From an uncultured Gemmatimonadota bacterium (GTDB taxonomy: Bacteria > GCA-2686955), in the NCBI GenBank assembly GCA_964490075.1, contig CAZBBK010000005.1, forward strand, positions 62,001 to 126,000: a DNA stretch of 64,000 nt. The letters are read 5' to 3'. A program made the translations under genes and the position numbers. Below, one piece after another: positions 48,075 through 57,882 of the stretch; within the stretch, counting starts at the first letter, position 1, and every line of letters starts with the position of its first letter. The notes under the pieces were generated by a model. It was not told where the DNA came from, made no database searches, and saw nothing but the letters and a program-made list of their open reading frames with translations.

Positions 48075-51000
48075 CTACTCTGGATGCCAGCCAAAAAAAT
48101 CCCAGCGCATCGTGTCGACGATATGCTCCGACCAGTCGGTCTCGTTGGTGGTGCCGAAGCGGAACTTGTTGCGTCCGCCTCCTTCGAGCAACAGTCCGGC
48201 GTCTCCCAGATGGGAGTAGTCGAGCCAGGTGCTGTCGTAGATGTATCGATCACGGTCCCGCCAGATCGGGGTGTCGTTCATCTTGTAATAGGCGTAGACC
48301 TTGTAGTAGAGGGACTTCTTGCCGATCCCCTTCCACGTCAGGCCGACGTCGGAGACCGGCGCATCGGCGGGTAGGTCGAACCAGAGACGCATGTAGCCTG
48401 GGTTGGTACCGAGGTTCTCGTCCTCGAAGGCGAAAAAATAGCCCTCGGTCGGTTCATCCGCCAGCCCTCTGACCCAGCGATACTCGCAGTGGCGCGTAAA
48501 CGATGTGTTGACCGCGAGCGACTGCGGGAAGTAGTCCACCTCGTAGCGGCTGGGGCTCTCCGGCCGCACCTCGATGTAGGCCATGCCGGCCTCTTCCACC
48601 TGCAGCGTGTCGCGGTCGACCGTGACCCGCGGGTCGACGATGATCGACCCGAGGGCCGGGTGGCGTGCATCGGCATACCAGTCGTGGCCGCTCTCCAGGT
48701 AGTAGCTGCCGGGGTCGACCGAAGCGATGAGGAAGCTCCCGCTCGGCTCGGTCATGGTCCACTGGCCGGTCGGATCACCGTTGCCGCGCACCAGGTCGAC
48801 ACGCAGATCCCCCACGCCGCGGCCGGTGGCCGAATTGATCATCACAGCGGTGATGGCGCCGGCATCGGGGTTCTGGCCGACCACGAAGGTGGCATCAAAA
48901 CGGGCGTCCAGCACCCCCGGATCGCGCAGCAAGAGCAGCTCCGCGCCGCCCAGCCCATCGACATCGAGTGGGGCGTCCAGGGGAATCTCGAAGTCGAAGC
49001 GGGTGACGTAGACCCCCGAGACGACCTCCTCGATCGTTGCCGTCTCCGTCTGCCACGGATCGATGACGCCGTCGTCGTCTTCACCGATGGTCGCCGTGAG
49101 AGCGATGTCGGCCGGCGTGTCGGGAGCAATCGTGTCTTCGAAGCGCCAGCGCACCGAGAGCGCGATCGGCTGCCCCGGCAGCACGAAGTTGCGATCGGTG
49201 GTGGTCTCGAGCACCTCGACGAAGACCGTGTCGGGCTGGTAGGCCGGCGCCACCTTCAGTCCAAAAAAGGTGGGCGGCTGCTCCGCGCTGCCGCCGATCC
49301 AGGCGCCGGTCGCCGGCTGATAGGCGCCACCGGCGGCGCTCGCCTCCAGAGCGGCATCGAATTCCAGTCCCGTGTAGCCACCGGTGAGCGGATCGAATTG
49401 GCGCACGACCGCATCGACCTCGGTCGCCACCCACAACCAGGGCTGCGCCGGATCGGTCCCGTCCCAGGCCAGGCCTGCGACCGGAAGCCCACCCGCGAAG
49501 CGCGCCCTCTCCACCCCCTGGCGATCGAAAGCAACAATCTCGCCGTATCCGTCCCCACCCCAGAACTGGTCGCTGGATCGATCGAAGGCCAGGCCGCTCA
49601 GCTCGGTCAGGGGCGCCGGAAACGCCACCCCGGTGACCTCTCCCGTCGACGGGTCGATCTGGTCGACCACACCTTGCGCGCCGGCGTACAAGAAGTCCGG
49701 GTCGCGCGCCAGATCCCCCCACCCCTCGACACCGGTCTGCTCCGGCTGGAGAAGCGAGCGCAGCAACTCACCCTCCTTGGTCATCTCGTGCAGCCAGTTG
49801 TCGGCACCGCTGGTGGTGGCCCAGAGCCGATCCTCCACCCACTCGACCCCGCGCGGCGAATCGCCGAGCTGCGGCGGCGCGCCGAACGACCAGAGCAGAT
49901 CGCCGGGCAGCAGCTCGAAGTCGACGTCGGAGGGTGTCATGTCCATGTCGAACTGGCCTTCGGTCACGATCCACTCGATCCCGAGCGGCAGAGCGTAGTG
50001 CCAGGTGAGGCCGAAGATCGTGAGGAAGCCGGAGGGGAAGATCCACACCTGGGTGTCGAGATCCAGGCGTTCATTGTAGTGGGTGGTGGTGTGAACCACG
50101 CCGTCTGGCGCTCGCACCCAATGCTGCTCGCCTTCGGCGTCGAAACGCAGCGCGTCGTCGGTGGTGATCGACTCGGCGCTCATCGTGCCATCCATGTGGA
50201 CCGCGGCATGGGCCGCCACGCCCCCCTCGAAAAGCCAGGGCAGGCCCGCCAGCGGAGCCTCCATCAAGAGCCCTCGTCCGTCGTCTTCGATCTCCACCCG
50301 GTCGTCGAGCAGAAAGGAGTCGAAGCTCGCCTGGTCCTGGGCGCGCAGGTCGAAGTAGGGGACGAAGGGGACCGGCATCACGAAGGGATCGAAGATGTAG
50401 AGATCGAGGGCGGCCAGGAGCTCCATCTCGGCACCAAAATCGGCCGCCAGGTCGCCTGCGCCGGTCCCCAGAATCAGATACTCGCCGTCCAGCTCGAAGG
50501 TCCCGGCGACCTGCGAGGCCACGTCAAAACCACCGCCGAGCTGAAAGCGCAACTGCATCGGCCATCCCCCCGGCTCTTCGTTGCCCGGTGGCTGCCAGCC
50601 GCTGTCGAAGTCGAAGGAGAGACCGGTGAGGCTGTAGTCGTAGGCCACCGAGTCCCCGGGATAGTCGACTTCAGCGGCGGCCCCCGGCGCGCGGGCCGCG
50701 GAATCGGTGTGGACCACCGACACCCCGCGCGCCGGTCGCGCGAAGGGACCGAGATCGGATGCCGGCGGGGAGGCCGCGCCGTGGTCGATGAACTGCACGA
50801 TGCTGCCGCCGGTGCGCGGCACGTCGATGCGCAGCGCGACCGGCCAGAGCGCGCCGGCGGGCTTCCGAGCCACCTCGTGCACCCACGCGTCGAGCACCTC
50901 TGCACCGCGCCGGTCGACCCGGAAACGCAGCGCGTCGATCCCCGGTCGAGCCGGCAGATCCCAGCGCAACGCGGTCTCGTCGTCGGCCGCCGCCAGGGTT

Positions 51001-51401
51001 GCCACCCGTCCCCCCTCATGGAGTCGCAGTGACCCCAGGCGCCCCCCGCCGTCGTCCAAGAGCTGGCGCAGGTTGGCGCTGAAACCGGGGTAGCGGTGGC
51101 GCGCCGACCCGACGCGCAGCAGACGCCGCCCATCCACCTCCGCGGGCCCCCGTGCCGCGTCGAAGCGGATCTCCTCGACGGTCCCCTGCTCGCGCGCGAT
51201 CCGCTCCAGCTCGGCCAACGAGTGCGGCATGCCTCCGTCGACGCGAGCGGTGTAGACCACCGCCCGGTGGCTCTCTGGGCCGGGGACCGCGGCCGAAGAA
51301 CGCGCCATCGATGACGCGCAGAGGCAAGGGGAAGCCGAGACGATCGACAGCGCGACGAGGGACGCGAGGAAGGGAGAAAAGCTGCTGCGGCGCTCGGTCA
51401 T
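48075..51401 (-). CDS. Large secreted multidomain protein (beta-propeller + carboxypeptidase-regulatory-like domain)
   Basis: 1108 aa from MTERRSS with a signal peptide. It has GLA(W/F)D...W repeats and GAIT....SATG.G.....V.L...T...GSF.I..V.PG.Y. Function unknown. Confidence 0.65.
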   Translation of the reverse strand: MTERRSSFSPFLASLVALSIVSASPCLCASSMARSSAAVPGPESHRAVVYTARVDGGMPHSLAELERIAREQGTVEEIRFDAARGPAEVDGRRLLRVGSARHRYPGFSANLRQLLDDGGGRLGSLRLHEGGRVATLAAADDETALRWDLPARPGIDALRFRVDRRGAEVLDAWVHEVARKPAGALWPVALRIDVPRTGGSIVQFIDHGAASPPASDLGPFARPARGVSVVHTDSAARAPGAAAEVDYPGDSVAYDYSLTGLSFDFDSGWQPPGNEEPGGWPMQLRFQLGGGFDVASQVAGTFELDGEYLILGTGAGDLAADFGAEMELLAALDLYIFDPFVMPVPFVPYFDLRAQDQASFDSFLLDDRVEIEDDGRGLLMEAPLAGLPWLFEGGVAAHAAVHMDGTMSAESITTDDALRFDAEGEQHWVRAPDGVVHTTTHYNERLDLDTQVWIFPSGFLTIFGLTWHYALPLGIEWIVTEGQFDMDMTPSDVDFELLPGDLLWSFGAPPQLGDSPRGVEWVEDRLWATTSGADNWLHEMTKEGELLRSLLQPEQTGVEGWGDLARDPDFLYAGAQGVVDQIDPSTGEVTGVAFPAPLTELSGLAFDRSSDQFWGGDGYGEIVAFDRQGVERARFAGGLPVAGLAWDGTDPAQPWLWVATEVDAVVRQFDPLTGGYTGLEFDAALEASAAGGAYQPATGAWIGGSAEQPPTFFGLKVAPAYQPDTVFVEVLETTTDRNFVLPGQPIALSVRWRFEDTIAPDTPADIALTATIGEDDDGVIDPWQTETATIEEVVSGVYVTRFDFEIPLDAPLDVDGLGGAELLLLRDPGVLDARFDATFVVGQNPDAGAITAVMINSATGRGVGDLRVDLVRGNGDPTGQWTMTEPSGSFLIASVDPGSYYLESGHDWYADARHPALGSIIVDPRVTVDRDTLQVEEAGMAYIEVRPESPSRYEVDYFPQSLAVNTSFTRHCEYRWVRGLADEPTEGYFFAFEDENLGTNPGYMRLWFDLPADAPVSDVGLTWKGIGKKSLYYKVYAYYKMNDTPIWRDRDRYIYDSTWLDYSHLGDAGLLLEGGGRNKFRFGTTNETDWSEHIVDTMRWDFFGWHPE

Positions 51402-51722
51402 GTGGGGGGTCTCCAGAGGTGGCGGCGGTCTCGTTCGCTGGGTGCGGGCTCCTTGGACGGAGAAACCTGAGGATAGCATCGGCCAGCCCCGCGACCGGCG
51501 CGCCCGCCCCCGCACCCACCCCAGTCCCCCACCCCTCGGACCACGCCCCCGTGTCCAGACGAACACCCGCGCCCGCTCCCCGTCCCGCGGCACCCCGCCC
51601 AACCGGCTGCCGCACAACACTTTGGCGCAATCACCCCCACTGGCCCCCGGCTTGCGATACCGCCCCCCACCGCCCCGGAGATCCGCTCCGGCCGCGGCCG
51701 ATCCCATCCACCGGAGAGCGCC

Positions 51723-52529
51723 ATGTCCCATCTCGGCAACCACCTTCCCACTGCCATCGCCGCCCTCGCCCTGGTCGCCGTCCCCGCCCTCGCCCAGAGC
51801 GGCGACTACGACGCCGGCCGCGTCGCCTTCCGCTCGGGGGACTACGAGCAGGCTTGCATCCACTTCGAGAGCTACCGCGGCGACCATCCTGCAAACCCCT
51901 GGGGGCACTACATGTGCGCCCTCTCGCTGCAGCGCACGGGGGACCCGGAGCAGGCCGCCGGCGCCTTCCAGCGCGCCCTCGAGATCGACCCCTCGCTGCT
52001 CAAGGCCTGGCGCAATCTGGCCCGCCTGGAGCTCGACCGCGACCAGCCCGAGGCCGCCCGCGAGGCGATCACCAAGGCGCTCGAGATCGATCCCGCCGAC
52101 CCGGTGTCGTGGCGCATCCAGGGCCGCGTCCACCACACCCTCGACGCGCCCGATGACGCGGCTTCCGCCTACCAGCGCGCCCTCGATCTGACCCCGGACG
52201 ACGCCTGGACCCTCAACAACCTCGGCTACCTGCACCTCGAGACCGGCGACGCCGCCACCGCCCTGCCCCTGCTGGAGCGCGCCGCCACGTTGCTGCCCGA
52301 CCAGCCGGTGGTCCAGAACAACCTCGGGGTCGCCCGCGAGAAGGCCGGAGACTCCGCCGCGGCCCGCGACGCCTACGCCAGCGCGTCCGAGCTGGGCTCC
52401 CTGAAAGCGCGCGTCAATCTGGCCCGTGCCGCGGCGCGCAGCGCGTCATCGCCCACTCCCCCGCCGACCTCGAACGAGCCCCGCCCCGCCGTGCTGCGGC
52501 TCAGCCAGAAGCCCGAAGGAACGTTCTGA
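51723..52529 (+). CDS. Exported TPR-repeat protein
   Basis: Signal peptide (IAALALVAVPALAQ) and repeated A...(F/Y)QRAL(E/D)(I/L).P...(N)NLG motifs. Confidence 0.88.
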   Translation: MSHLGNHLPTAIAALALVAVPALAQSGDYDAGRVAFRSGDYEQACIHFESYRGDHPANPWGHYMCALSLQRTGDPEQAAGAFQRALEIDPSLLKAWRNLARLELDRDQPEAAREAITKALEIDPADPVSWRIQGRVHHTLDAPDDAASAYQRALDLTPDDAWTLNNLGYLHLETGDAATALPLLERAATLLPDQPVVQNNLGVAREKAGDSAAARDAYASASELGSLKARVNLARAAARSASSPTPPPTSNEPRPAVLRLSQKPEGTF

Positions 52530-52587
52530 TCGACGCCGGAGATTTCGAGTGGGCCGCCGCCCGCGTCGATCGCCCTCGACACCCCGG

Positions 52588-53271
52588 TCAGAGGTCGAAA
52601 AGACGCAGCGCGGCCCGCTCGATCGCCGCCAGCGAGGCCGCCAGATCGTGCCCGTCGTCGACCGCCTCCAGGCTCACCCGCCCCCGCCCCCGCGCATACG
52701 CCAGCGAGCTCTCGAAGGGCACGACCGCGTCATTTCTGCCGTGCACGATATGCGTCGGACAGGGCACGTCGGGGGTCGCCGGGTGGCTGCGCGCGTCCTC
52801 CACGAAGCGCCACCAGACCGGCGTCGGAATCCCTCGCCCATCCGGCAGCGCCAAGCTCCCCTCCCGCTGCCAGCGCGCGAAGGCCTCCGCGCCGACCAGG
52901 TCGCCCCAGCGCGACCCCGGCGCGAACCCGGGGCAGAGCAGCAGCAGCCGCTCGACCCGCTCGGGATGCAGCTCCGCCCAGCGCGCCGCCAGATAGCCGC
53001 CCATGCTCGACCCGATCAAGCGCCAGCGAAACCCCCCGCGCGCCCGCAGCTCACCGTCCAGCCGGTCGAAGCCCGCCAGCGCGCCCGTGTAGGTCAGCTC
53101 GGCGAAGCTCGGGTGGTTGAGATCGGGCAGCGCCAGGTCGATCCCCCGCGGCGCCAGAAAACGGGCCAGATGCACCCCCTTGCGCGACAGCGAGCTGGAC
53201 GCGAAACCGTGCAGATAGGCGCCGCGCAGCGCCGCCCCCGCGCCCCCCTCACTCACCTTCCGCGTCCACAT
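52588..53271 (-). CDS. YqiA/YcfP-family alpha/beta esterase
   Basis: YLHGFASS..S.K, IGSSMGGY, HG.ND.VVP and DDGH.L motifs. Confidence 0.9.
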   Translation of the reverse strand: MWTRKVSEGGAGAALRGAYLHGFASSSLSRKGVHLARFLAPRGIDLALPDLNHPSFAELTYTGALAGFDRLDGELRARGGFRWRLIGSSMGGYLAARWAELHPERVERLLLLCPGFAPGSRWGDLVGAEAFARWQREGSLALPDGRGIPTPVWWRFVEDARSHPATPDVPCPTHIVHGRNDAVVPFESSLAYARGRGRVSLEAVDDGHDLAASLAAIERAALRLFDL

Positions 53272-53692
53272 CCCCCTGCAGATGCTCGATCAGCTCCGAA
53301 ACCCCGTCCGCCTCGCGCACCACCACCAAGATCGCCCCGTGCGGCACCACCAGGTAGCTCTGCTGCTCGAAGGTGATCTCGATCGAAGCCTTGCGGAAGA
53401 AGAGCGCGTAGTCGCCCTCGCGCACCTGCATCGGCATGTAGCGCGGCGCCCGATAGCCGGAATGCCAGGGCTCGTGCTCGTCCTGGGGCGGCGGCAGCGG
53501 CGTCCCCGGCCCGACCGCCACCACCGTACCGCCGCGCACGTCCTGGTCGCGGCTGACCCCCGCCGGCAGCACCAGTCCCACCTCGGTGCGCCGTTCGCCG
53601 GCCTCGGGCTCGATCAGCACCCGATCGCCGACCACCAGGAGCCGCTTGCGGCCCCGCTTTTCCGAAGACTCCGCGGGCGTCGATTCAGTCAT
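53249..53692 (-). CDS. groES: Co-chaperonin GroES-family protein (no adjacent groEL)
   Basis: VVGDRVLIEP...E.RT..GL.LP, G.VVAVGPG, P.QV.EGD..LF and Y.VV....IL motifs, with an acidic C-terminal extension. Confidence 0.85.
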   Translation of the reverse strand: MTESTPAESSEKRGRKRLLVVGDRVLIEPEAGERRTEVGLVLPAGVSRDQDVRGGTVVAVGPGTPLPPPQDEHEPWHSGYRAPRYMPMQVREGDYALFFRKASIEITFEQQSYLVVPHGAILVVVREADGVSELIEHLQGDVDAEGE

Positions 53693-54129
53693 GGCTGCGC
53701 AGGCTCCTGCCGAAGATCCGGGGAAGATCACACCAGCGGTGCGACGACTCCAGTGTACCCGGTCGCGCGCCGCCGAGAACGTGTGTCCGAGCAGAGAATC
53801 GGGGATCGGCCCCCTTCGGGGGACAGGGTGTGACCGCTTCCCCTTGCCCGATGCGACATCGCCCCTGGCCGGGGAGCAAGCTCGCGGGCGTACGGCCTCG
53901 GCGCGGCGGCTGGCCCGCAAAACGGGGGCGGGTGTCTGCCGACCAGGTCTCGCCGACTCCGCGGAACCCCGCGCCAGTCGCTGGCGTTTCGATAGCGCGC
54001 TTCTCGGGCGACACACTCCGCGAAGAGTCGCGGGCTCAGCGGAAGTCCGCGGGCCTCCGGAGCCACGAGCGCCCAGCCGGGGGAGCGCTCTCGACCGCGC
54101 TTCTTCGCGTGCCCCTGCCATGCCCTTGA

Positions 54130-54463
54130 CCGCCGCGCACGGCCCCGAAGCGACCAAAACCACCCNNNNNNNNNNNNNNNNNNNNNNNNNNNNNNNNNNN
54201 NNNNNNNNNNNNNNNNNNNNNNNNNNNNNNNNNNNNNNNNNNNNNNNNNNNNNNNNNNNNNNNNNCCGCCGCGCACGGCCCCGAAGCGACCAAAACCACC
54301 CGCTGACCCACCTCAGCCGCCGCGCACGGCCGCGGAGCGACCAAAACCACCCGCTGACCCACCTCAGCCGCCGCGCACGGCCGCGAAGCGACCAAAACCA
54401 CCCCCTGACCCGCCTCAACCGCCGCGCACGGCCGCGGAGAGACCGGAATCCGCCGCCGACCCT
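54130..54463. repeat. 51-bp tandem repeat array spanning an assembly gap
   Basis: Units ccgccgcgcacggcc(c/g)cg(a/g)agcgaccaaaaccaccc(g/c)ctgaccc(a/g)cctca(g/a) start at 54130 (partial), 54266, 54317, 54368 and 54419 (degenerate). Confidence 0.92.
54166..54265. other. Scaffold gap (100 N, placeholder length)
   Basis: Run of exactly 100 N. The 36 nt before the gap are identical to the 36 nt after it. Confidence 0.99.
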
Positions 54464-54574
54464 GGGCAGGGGCGGTTCGTCGCGCGCCGGCCGTCCCCTG
54501 CGTAGAGGCTCGCTATGTCGGAGCTTCAGATAGAGCGACGCCGGTGCCGCGCCGACCAGGCGCTACACTGCCCC

Positions 54575-57205
54575 ATGATCCGCATCTTCGTCCATCCAAC
54601 CCAGCGCTGGCTGGCCGCGGCGCTGCTCGCCGCCGCCCCGGCGCGCGCCGCGCAGCTCGATCTCTCCGACTGGCACTGGCCTCCCGACGCGGCGGTCGAA
54701 GTGCGCATCCGCGGGGCGCTCGAGCGCCATCCCGAGGGGAAACAAATCGCCGCCTGGCTGGAGAGCGCCTCCGCGGCCGAGCGCCTTTCAGCCGAGTTTC
54801 TGCTGGCCTGGATGCCGGCCTCCGATCTGGGCGCGCTCGGTGCCGCGCGGCTCTCGGCCGACGTGCGCGAGGCTCTCGACGCCTGGGATGCCGCTCCCTG
54901 GTCGGCCGCTGCACCGCCGGCACTCTTCTTCCACTACGTGCTGCCCTACCGAATCAGCCAGGAGCCGCCCCAGGACTGGCGCCCCCGGCTGCGGGCCGAG
55001 CTCGCCGAGCGGGTCGCCGGCCTCGATCTCGAGCAGGCGACGATCGAGGTCAACCGCTGGTGCAACGAGCGGGTCGATTTTGTCTCCACCAGCGCCCGCG
55101 ATCAGCCGCCCCTGGCGACCCTCGAGCGTGGCTACGGCCGCTGCGAGGAGCGCATGATCCTGGCCATCGCCGCCATGCGCAGCGTCGCCATCCCGGCCCG
55201 CACCTGCTCCACCCCCTGGTGGACCACCACCGACAACAACCACGCCTGGCTCGAGGCCTGGTCGGGCGCGGCGTCCGGCTGGGCCTATCTCGAGGCCTGC
55301 GACGGCAGCCTCTGCCTGAACCACGCCTGGTTTTCGCGCCCCGCCCAGCGCGCCGGGATCGTGATCTCGACCGCCTGGGGTGAGCTGGACGCGGCGGCGC
55401 TCGGCGGGGACCACCTGCTGCACTCGAAGGAGGGCGCCACCACCATCAACTCGACCGCGACCTACACCGAGCCCGGCGTGCTGCGGATCCCGGCCCGCGA
55501 CGATTCGCTCGAGGTTGCGGTCTACGCCTTCAACTACGGTGGCCTTTTTCCGCTGGTGACGATCGGCGGCGGCGAGTCGGTCGAGCTGGGGCCGGGCGAC
55601 TACGTGGTGAGCGCCGCCCGCGGCGAGAGCATCGACGTCGAGGTGGCGACGATTCGTTCGGGCCGCGAATCGCTGGTGTCGCTCGATCGCGGGACCGCCC
55701 TCTTCGATGCTCCCGTGTGGCTGCGCTACCCTCGGCGAGACACCGAAGTGCCGCCCTGCCCGCGCCCCGGCGACGACAATCCGCGCTGGCTGCGCCACCA
55801 GCTGGCGCGCGAACGCAACCTGCGCGCACGCGACATCGAGGAAACGCCCGGCCGCGACTGGATCGCCGCGCTCGGGAGCCACTCCGACGCCGGCGAGCTG
55901 GAGGATGCCCTGCGCCGCGCCGGAAACGCGCGCGGCGCCTGGGAATCTCTGTTGCTATCGCTGGAGGGCGAGGAAGCCGCATGCGCCCACGCCCTGATCC
56001 AGGAGATGGACGACAAAGACTTCCGCGAGCTCGACCCGAGCGCCCTGCCGGAGCTGGCCCGACGGATGAACGAGCTGCGCTCGAGCCACTGCCCCGATCT
56101 GCCCGACAGCACCTGGCGCCAGTGGATCATCTCGCCGCGCCTCTATCTCCAGGCCGGCACGCAGCGCTGGTGGACCGCGCTCCCGGTGCTGGAGCCGGAA
56201 GCCTCCCTCGAGCAGATTCTGGCGCGCTTTCGCGGGCGCGTGCGCGAGGCCGAACGCAGCCGCTTCGGCCATGTCGCGACACCCGAAGAGACCTGGCGCA
56301 GCGGCTGGGCGTCCATGCCTTCGGCCAAGGCCTGCTTGACAGCGCTGATGCGCATCAACGGCGTACCGGCACGGGCACTGCGCGGCCGCGAAGAGATCGA
56401 TGTGCTGCGCGATGGGCAGTGGCGCGCCCTGCCCTGCTTCGCCTCTCCCGGCGCCGCGGGCGAGCCCGGCGCGCCGGACGCCCCCGACCAGGCCCGGTTG
56501 CGAGTGCGCTACACCGCCAAGGGCGAAGCGTACGCGGCGGTCAGCACCTGGCGACATACTTTGCTGAGCCGCTTCCGGGACGGTGCCTTTCGCCCGGTCT
56601 TCGAGGGCCAGCTCTGGGAGCGCGACGCCGAGGTCGCCTGGGAGCTCGCGCCCGGCACCTACTGGCTCTCGGGCGGGATGCGCAACTCGCTCGGCGAGCC
56701 TCGGTTCAGCATGCGGCGCCTGCAGCTCGCTGCTGGCGACACACTTCAGCTCGAGATGGAAATCGGAATCCCCCTGGACGAGCTCGACGAAGGCTCGCTG
56801 GTGCGGCGCCAGCTCGATCCCGACCAGAGCTGCGCGCTCGTGGACGCGGGCGGACGCGCGACCGATCTCGCCAACCTGCTCCCGGAGGGGCCGGCGCTGC
56901 TCTTGCTCTCGCGCGAGGACCACGAGCCGAGCGCGCGCCATCGCACAGCCCTGCAGGCCGCCGCGAAGCTCCCGACGCTGGTCGAGATCGTGCTCGCCGA
57001 AGACACGGCCGCCCCGCCCGCGCGCGCGTGCGCGCTGATCGAAGCCGCGGAGTGCGAGCGCGTCTTCGGCATCTCCGATCCCGCGACCGAGCTGCCCCTG
57101 ACGATCCTGCTCGACGAGCAGCGTCGCACCCGGATCTGGATCTCAGGCATGCAGCTCGGCATGGCCGATCTGGTGCGGGGGCGGATCCCAGAGAATCAGG
57201 ACTAG
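54575..57205 (+). CDS. Secreted transglutaminase-like domain protein
   Basis: Signal peptide, FLLAWMP..DL, F.HYVLP.RI..E....WR, EVNRWC, catalytic-like GRCEE and TPWW...DNNHAWLE motifs. The upstream ATG at 54515 lies inside the repeat element. Confidence 0.85.
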   Translation: MIRIFVHPTQRWLAAALLAAAPARAAQLDLSDWHWPPDAAVEVRIRGALERHPEGKQIAAWLESASAAERLSAEFLLAWMPASDLGALGAARLSADVREALDAWDAAPWSAAAPPALFFHYVLPYRISQEPPQDWRPRLRAELAERVAGLDLEQATIEVNRWCNERVDFVSTSARDQPPLATLERGYGRCEERMILAIAAMRSVAIPARTCSTPWWTTTDNNHAWLEAWSGAASGWAYLEACDGSLCLNHAWFSRPAQRAGIVISTAWGELDAAALGGDHLLHSKEGATTINSTATYTEPGVLRIPARDDSLEVAVYAFNYGGLFPLVTIGGGESVELGPGDYVVSAARGESIDVEVATIRSGRESLVSLDRGTALFDAPVWLRYPRRDTEVPPCPRPGDDNPRWLRHQLARERNLRARDIEETPGRDWIAALGSHSDAGELEDALRRAGNARGAWESLLLSLEGEEAACAHALIQEMDDKDFRELDPSALPELARRMNELRSSHCPDLPDSTWRQWIISPRLYLQAGTQRWWTALPVLEPEASLEQILARFRGRVREAERSRFGHVATPEETWRSGWASMPSAKACLTALMRINGVPARALRGREEIDVLRDGQWRALPCFASPGAAGEPGAPDAPDQARLRVRYTAKGEAYAAVSTWRHTLLSRFRDGAFRPVFEGQLWERDAEVAWELAPGTYWLSGGMRNSLGEPRFSMRRLQLAAGDTLQLEMEIGIPLDELDEGSLVRRQLDPDQSCALVDAGGRATDLANLLPEGPALLLLSREDHEPSARHRTALQAAAKLPTLVEIVLAEDTAAPPARACALIEAAECERVFGISDPATELPLTILLDEQRRTRIWISGMQLGMADLVRGRIPENQD

Positions 57206-57318
57206 CCGCCAAGTTTTGTCGCTATTCGATCTATCCTCGGGCTGAACGGGACGATGTGAGGCGTCCCGCCGACCAAGATCGAGAGCTGTCGCAGTGGATC
57301 CGGAAAGGACGGAAACCC

Positions 57319-57882
57319 ATGGACGCCAAGCATCTCTCCCTGTTGCGCCCACTCTGGAGCGCCGGTCTTATTCTCTTCTTTGCCGTGTCATCGGCCCGGT
57401 CAGCCAACGTAGCGCTCGAGGCCAATCGCCCCATGGGCTTGCAGCCCGTGAACATCATCTACATGCAGGCGCCGGTCGACACCTAGTACCACACGACCGC
57501 ATGGCACGACAGTTGGTTCTCCGACTACCAGGATGGCGCCTGGTGGACCCCCGAGGACTACCTGTTTCAGTCCGGCGACACACTCGAGGTGCTGGTAACG
57601 GTCCACCTGTCGGGATCTCTGGACCTGCTCTACCGGCTCGACGCCTTCTATCTCTGCGGGGCCACCAATCCGGTCTCCTTCGTGCAGACTTCGGGCTGGA
57701 TCGATTTCGGCCAGATGTACGAGAACGATGCACCCGGATACGCATGGATCACCGGGGCGGGTTACGTGATCCCGCCGCTCGGCAGCTTCACCATCGACGG
57801 CGCATCCAGGATCGTCTGGAATGATACCTTCGACTGCGGCGTTCCGCTGCAGGGCAGACCGGGCTGTTTCGACATCAATTGA
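57319..57882 (+). pseudogene. Secreted hypothetical protein interrupted by an in-frame TAG
   Basis: RBS aagga, ATG and a signal peptide. It reads ...QAPVDT*YHTTAWHDSWFSDY...GCFDIN*, with the TAG at 57484-57486 (codon 56) and normal coding character on both sides. Confidence 0.65.

Larger units (their letters stand above)
53981..54529 (+). repeat. Dispersed structured element, copy 3 of 3, expanded by an internal tandem array
   Basis: The left part (53981-54129) and right part (54464-54529) align to copies 1 and 2. Termini pair as atagcg/cgctat and gcttct/agaggc. Confidence 0.82.

Noticed and set aside
53810-53823. cUUCGg tetraloop hairpin upstream of groES as part of an ncRNA
   Set aside because: It is a single short GC stem with no other recognisable RNA-family features.
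54130-54463. CRISPR array
   Set aside because: The 51-bp units are near-identical along their whole length with no unique spacers, and there is no cas operon. The lone PD-(D/E)XK nuclease is 20 kb away.
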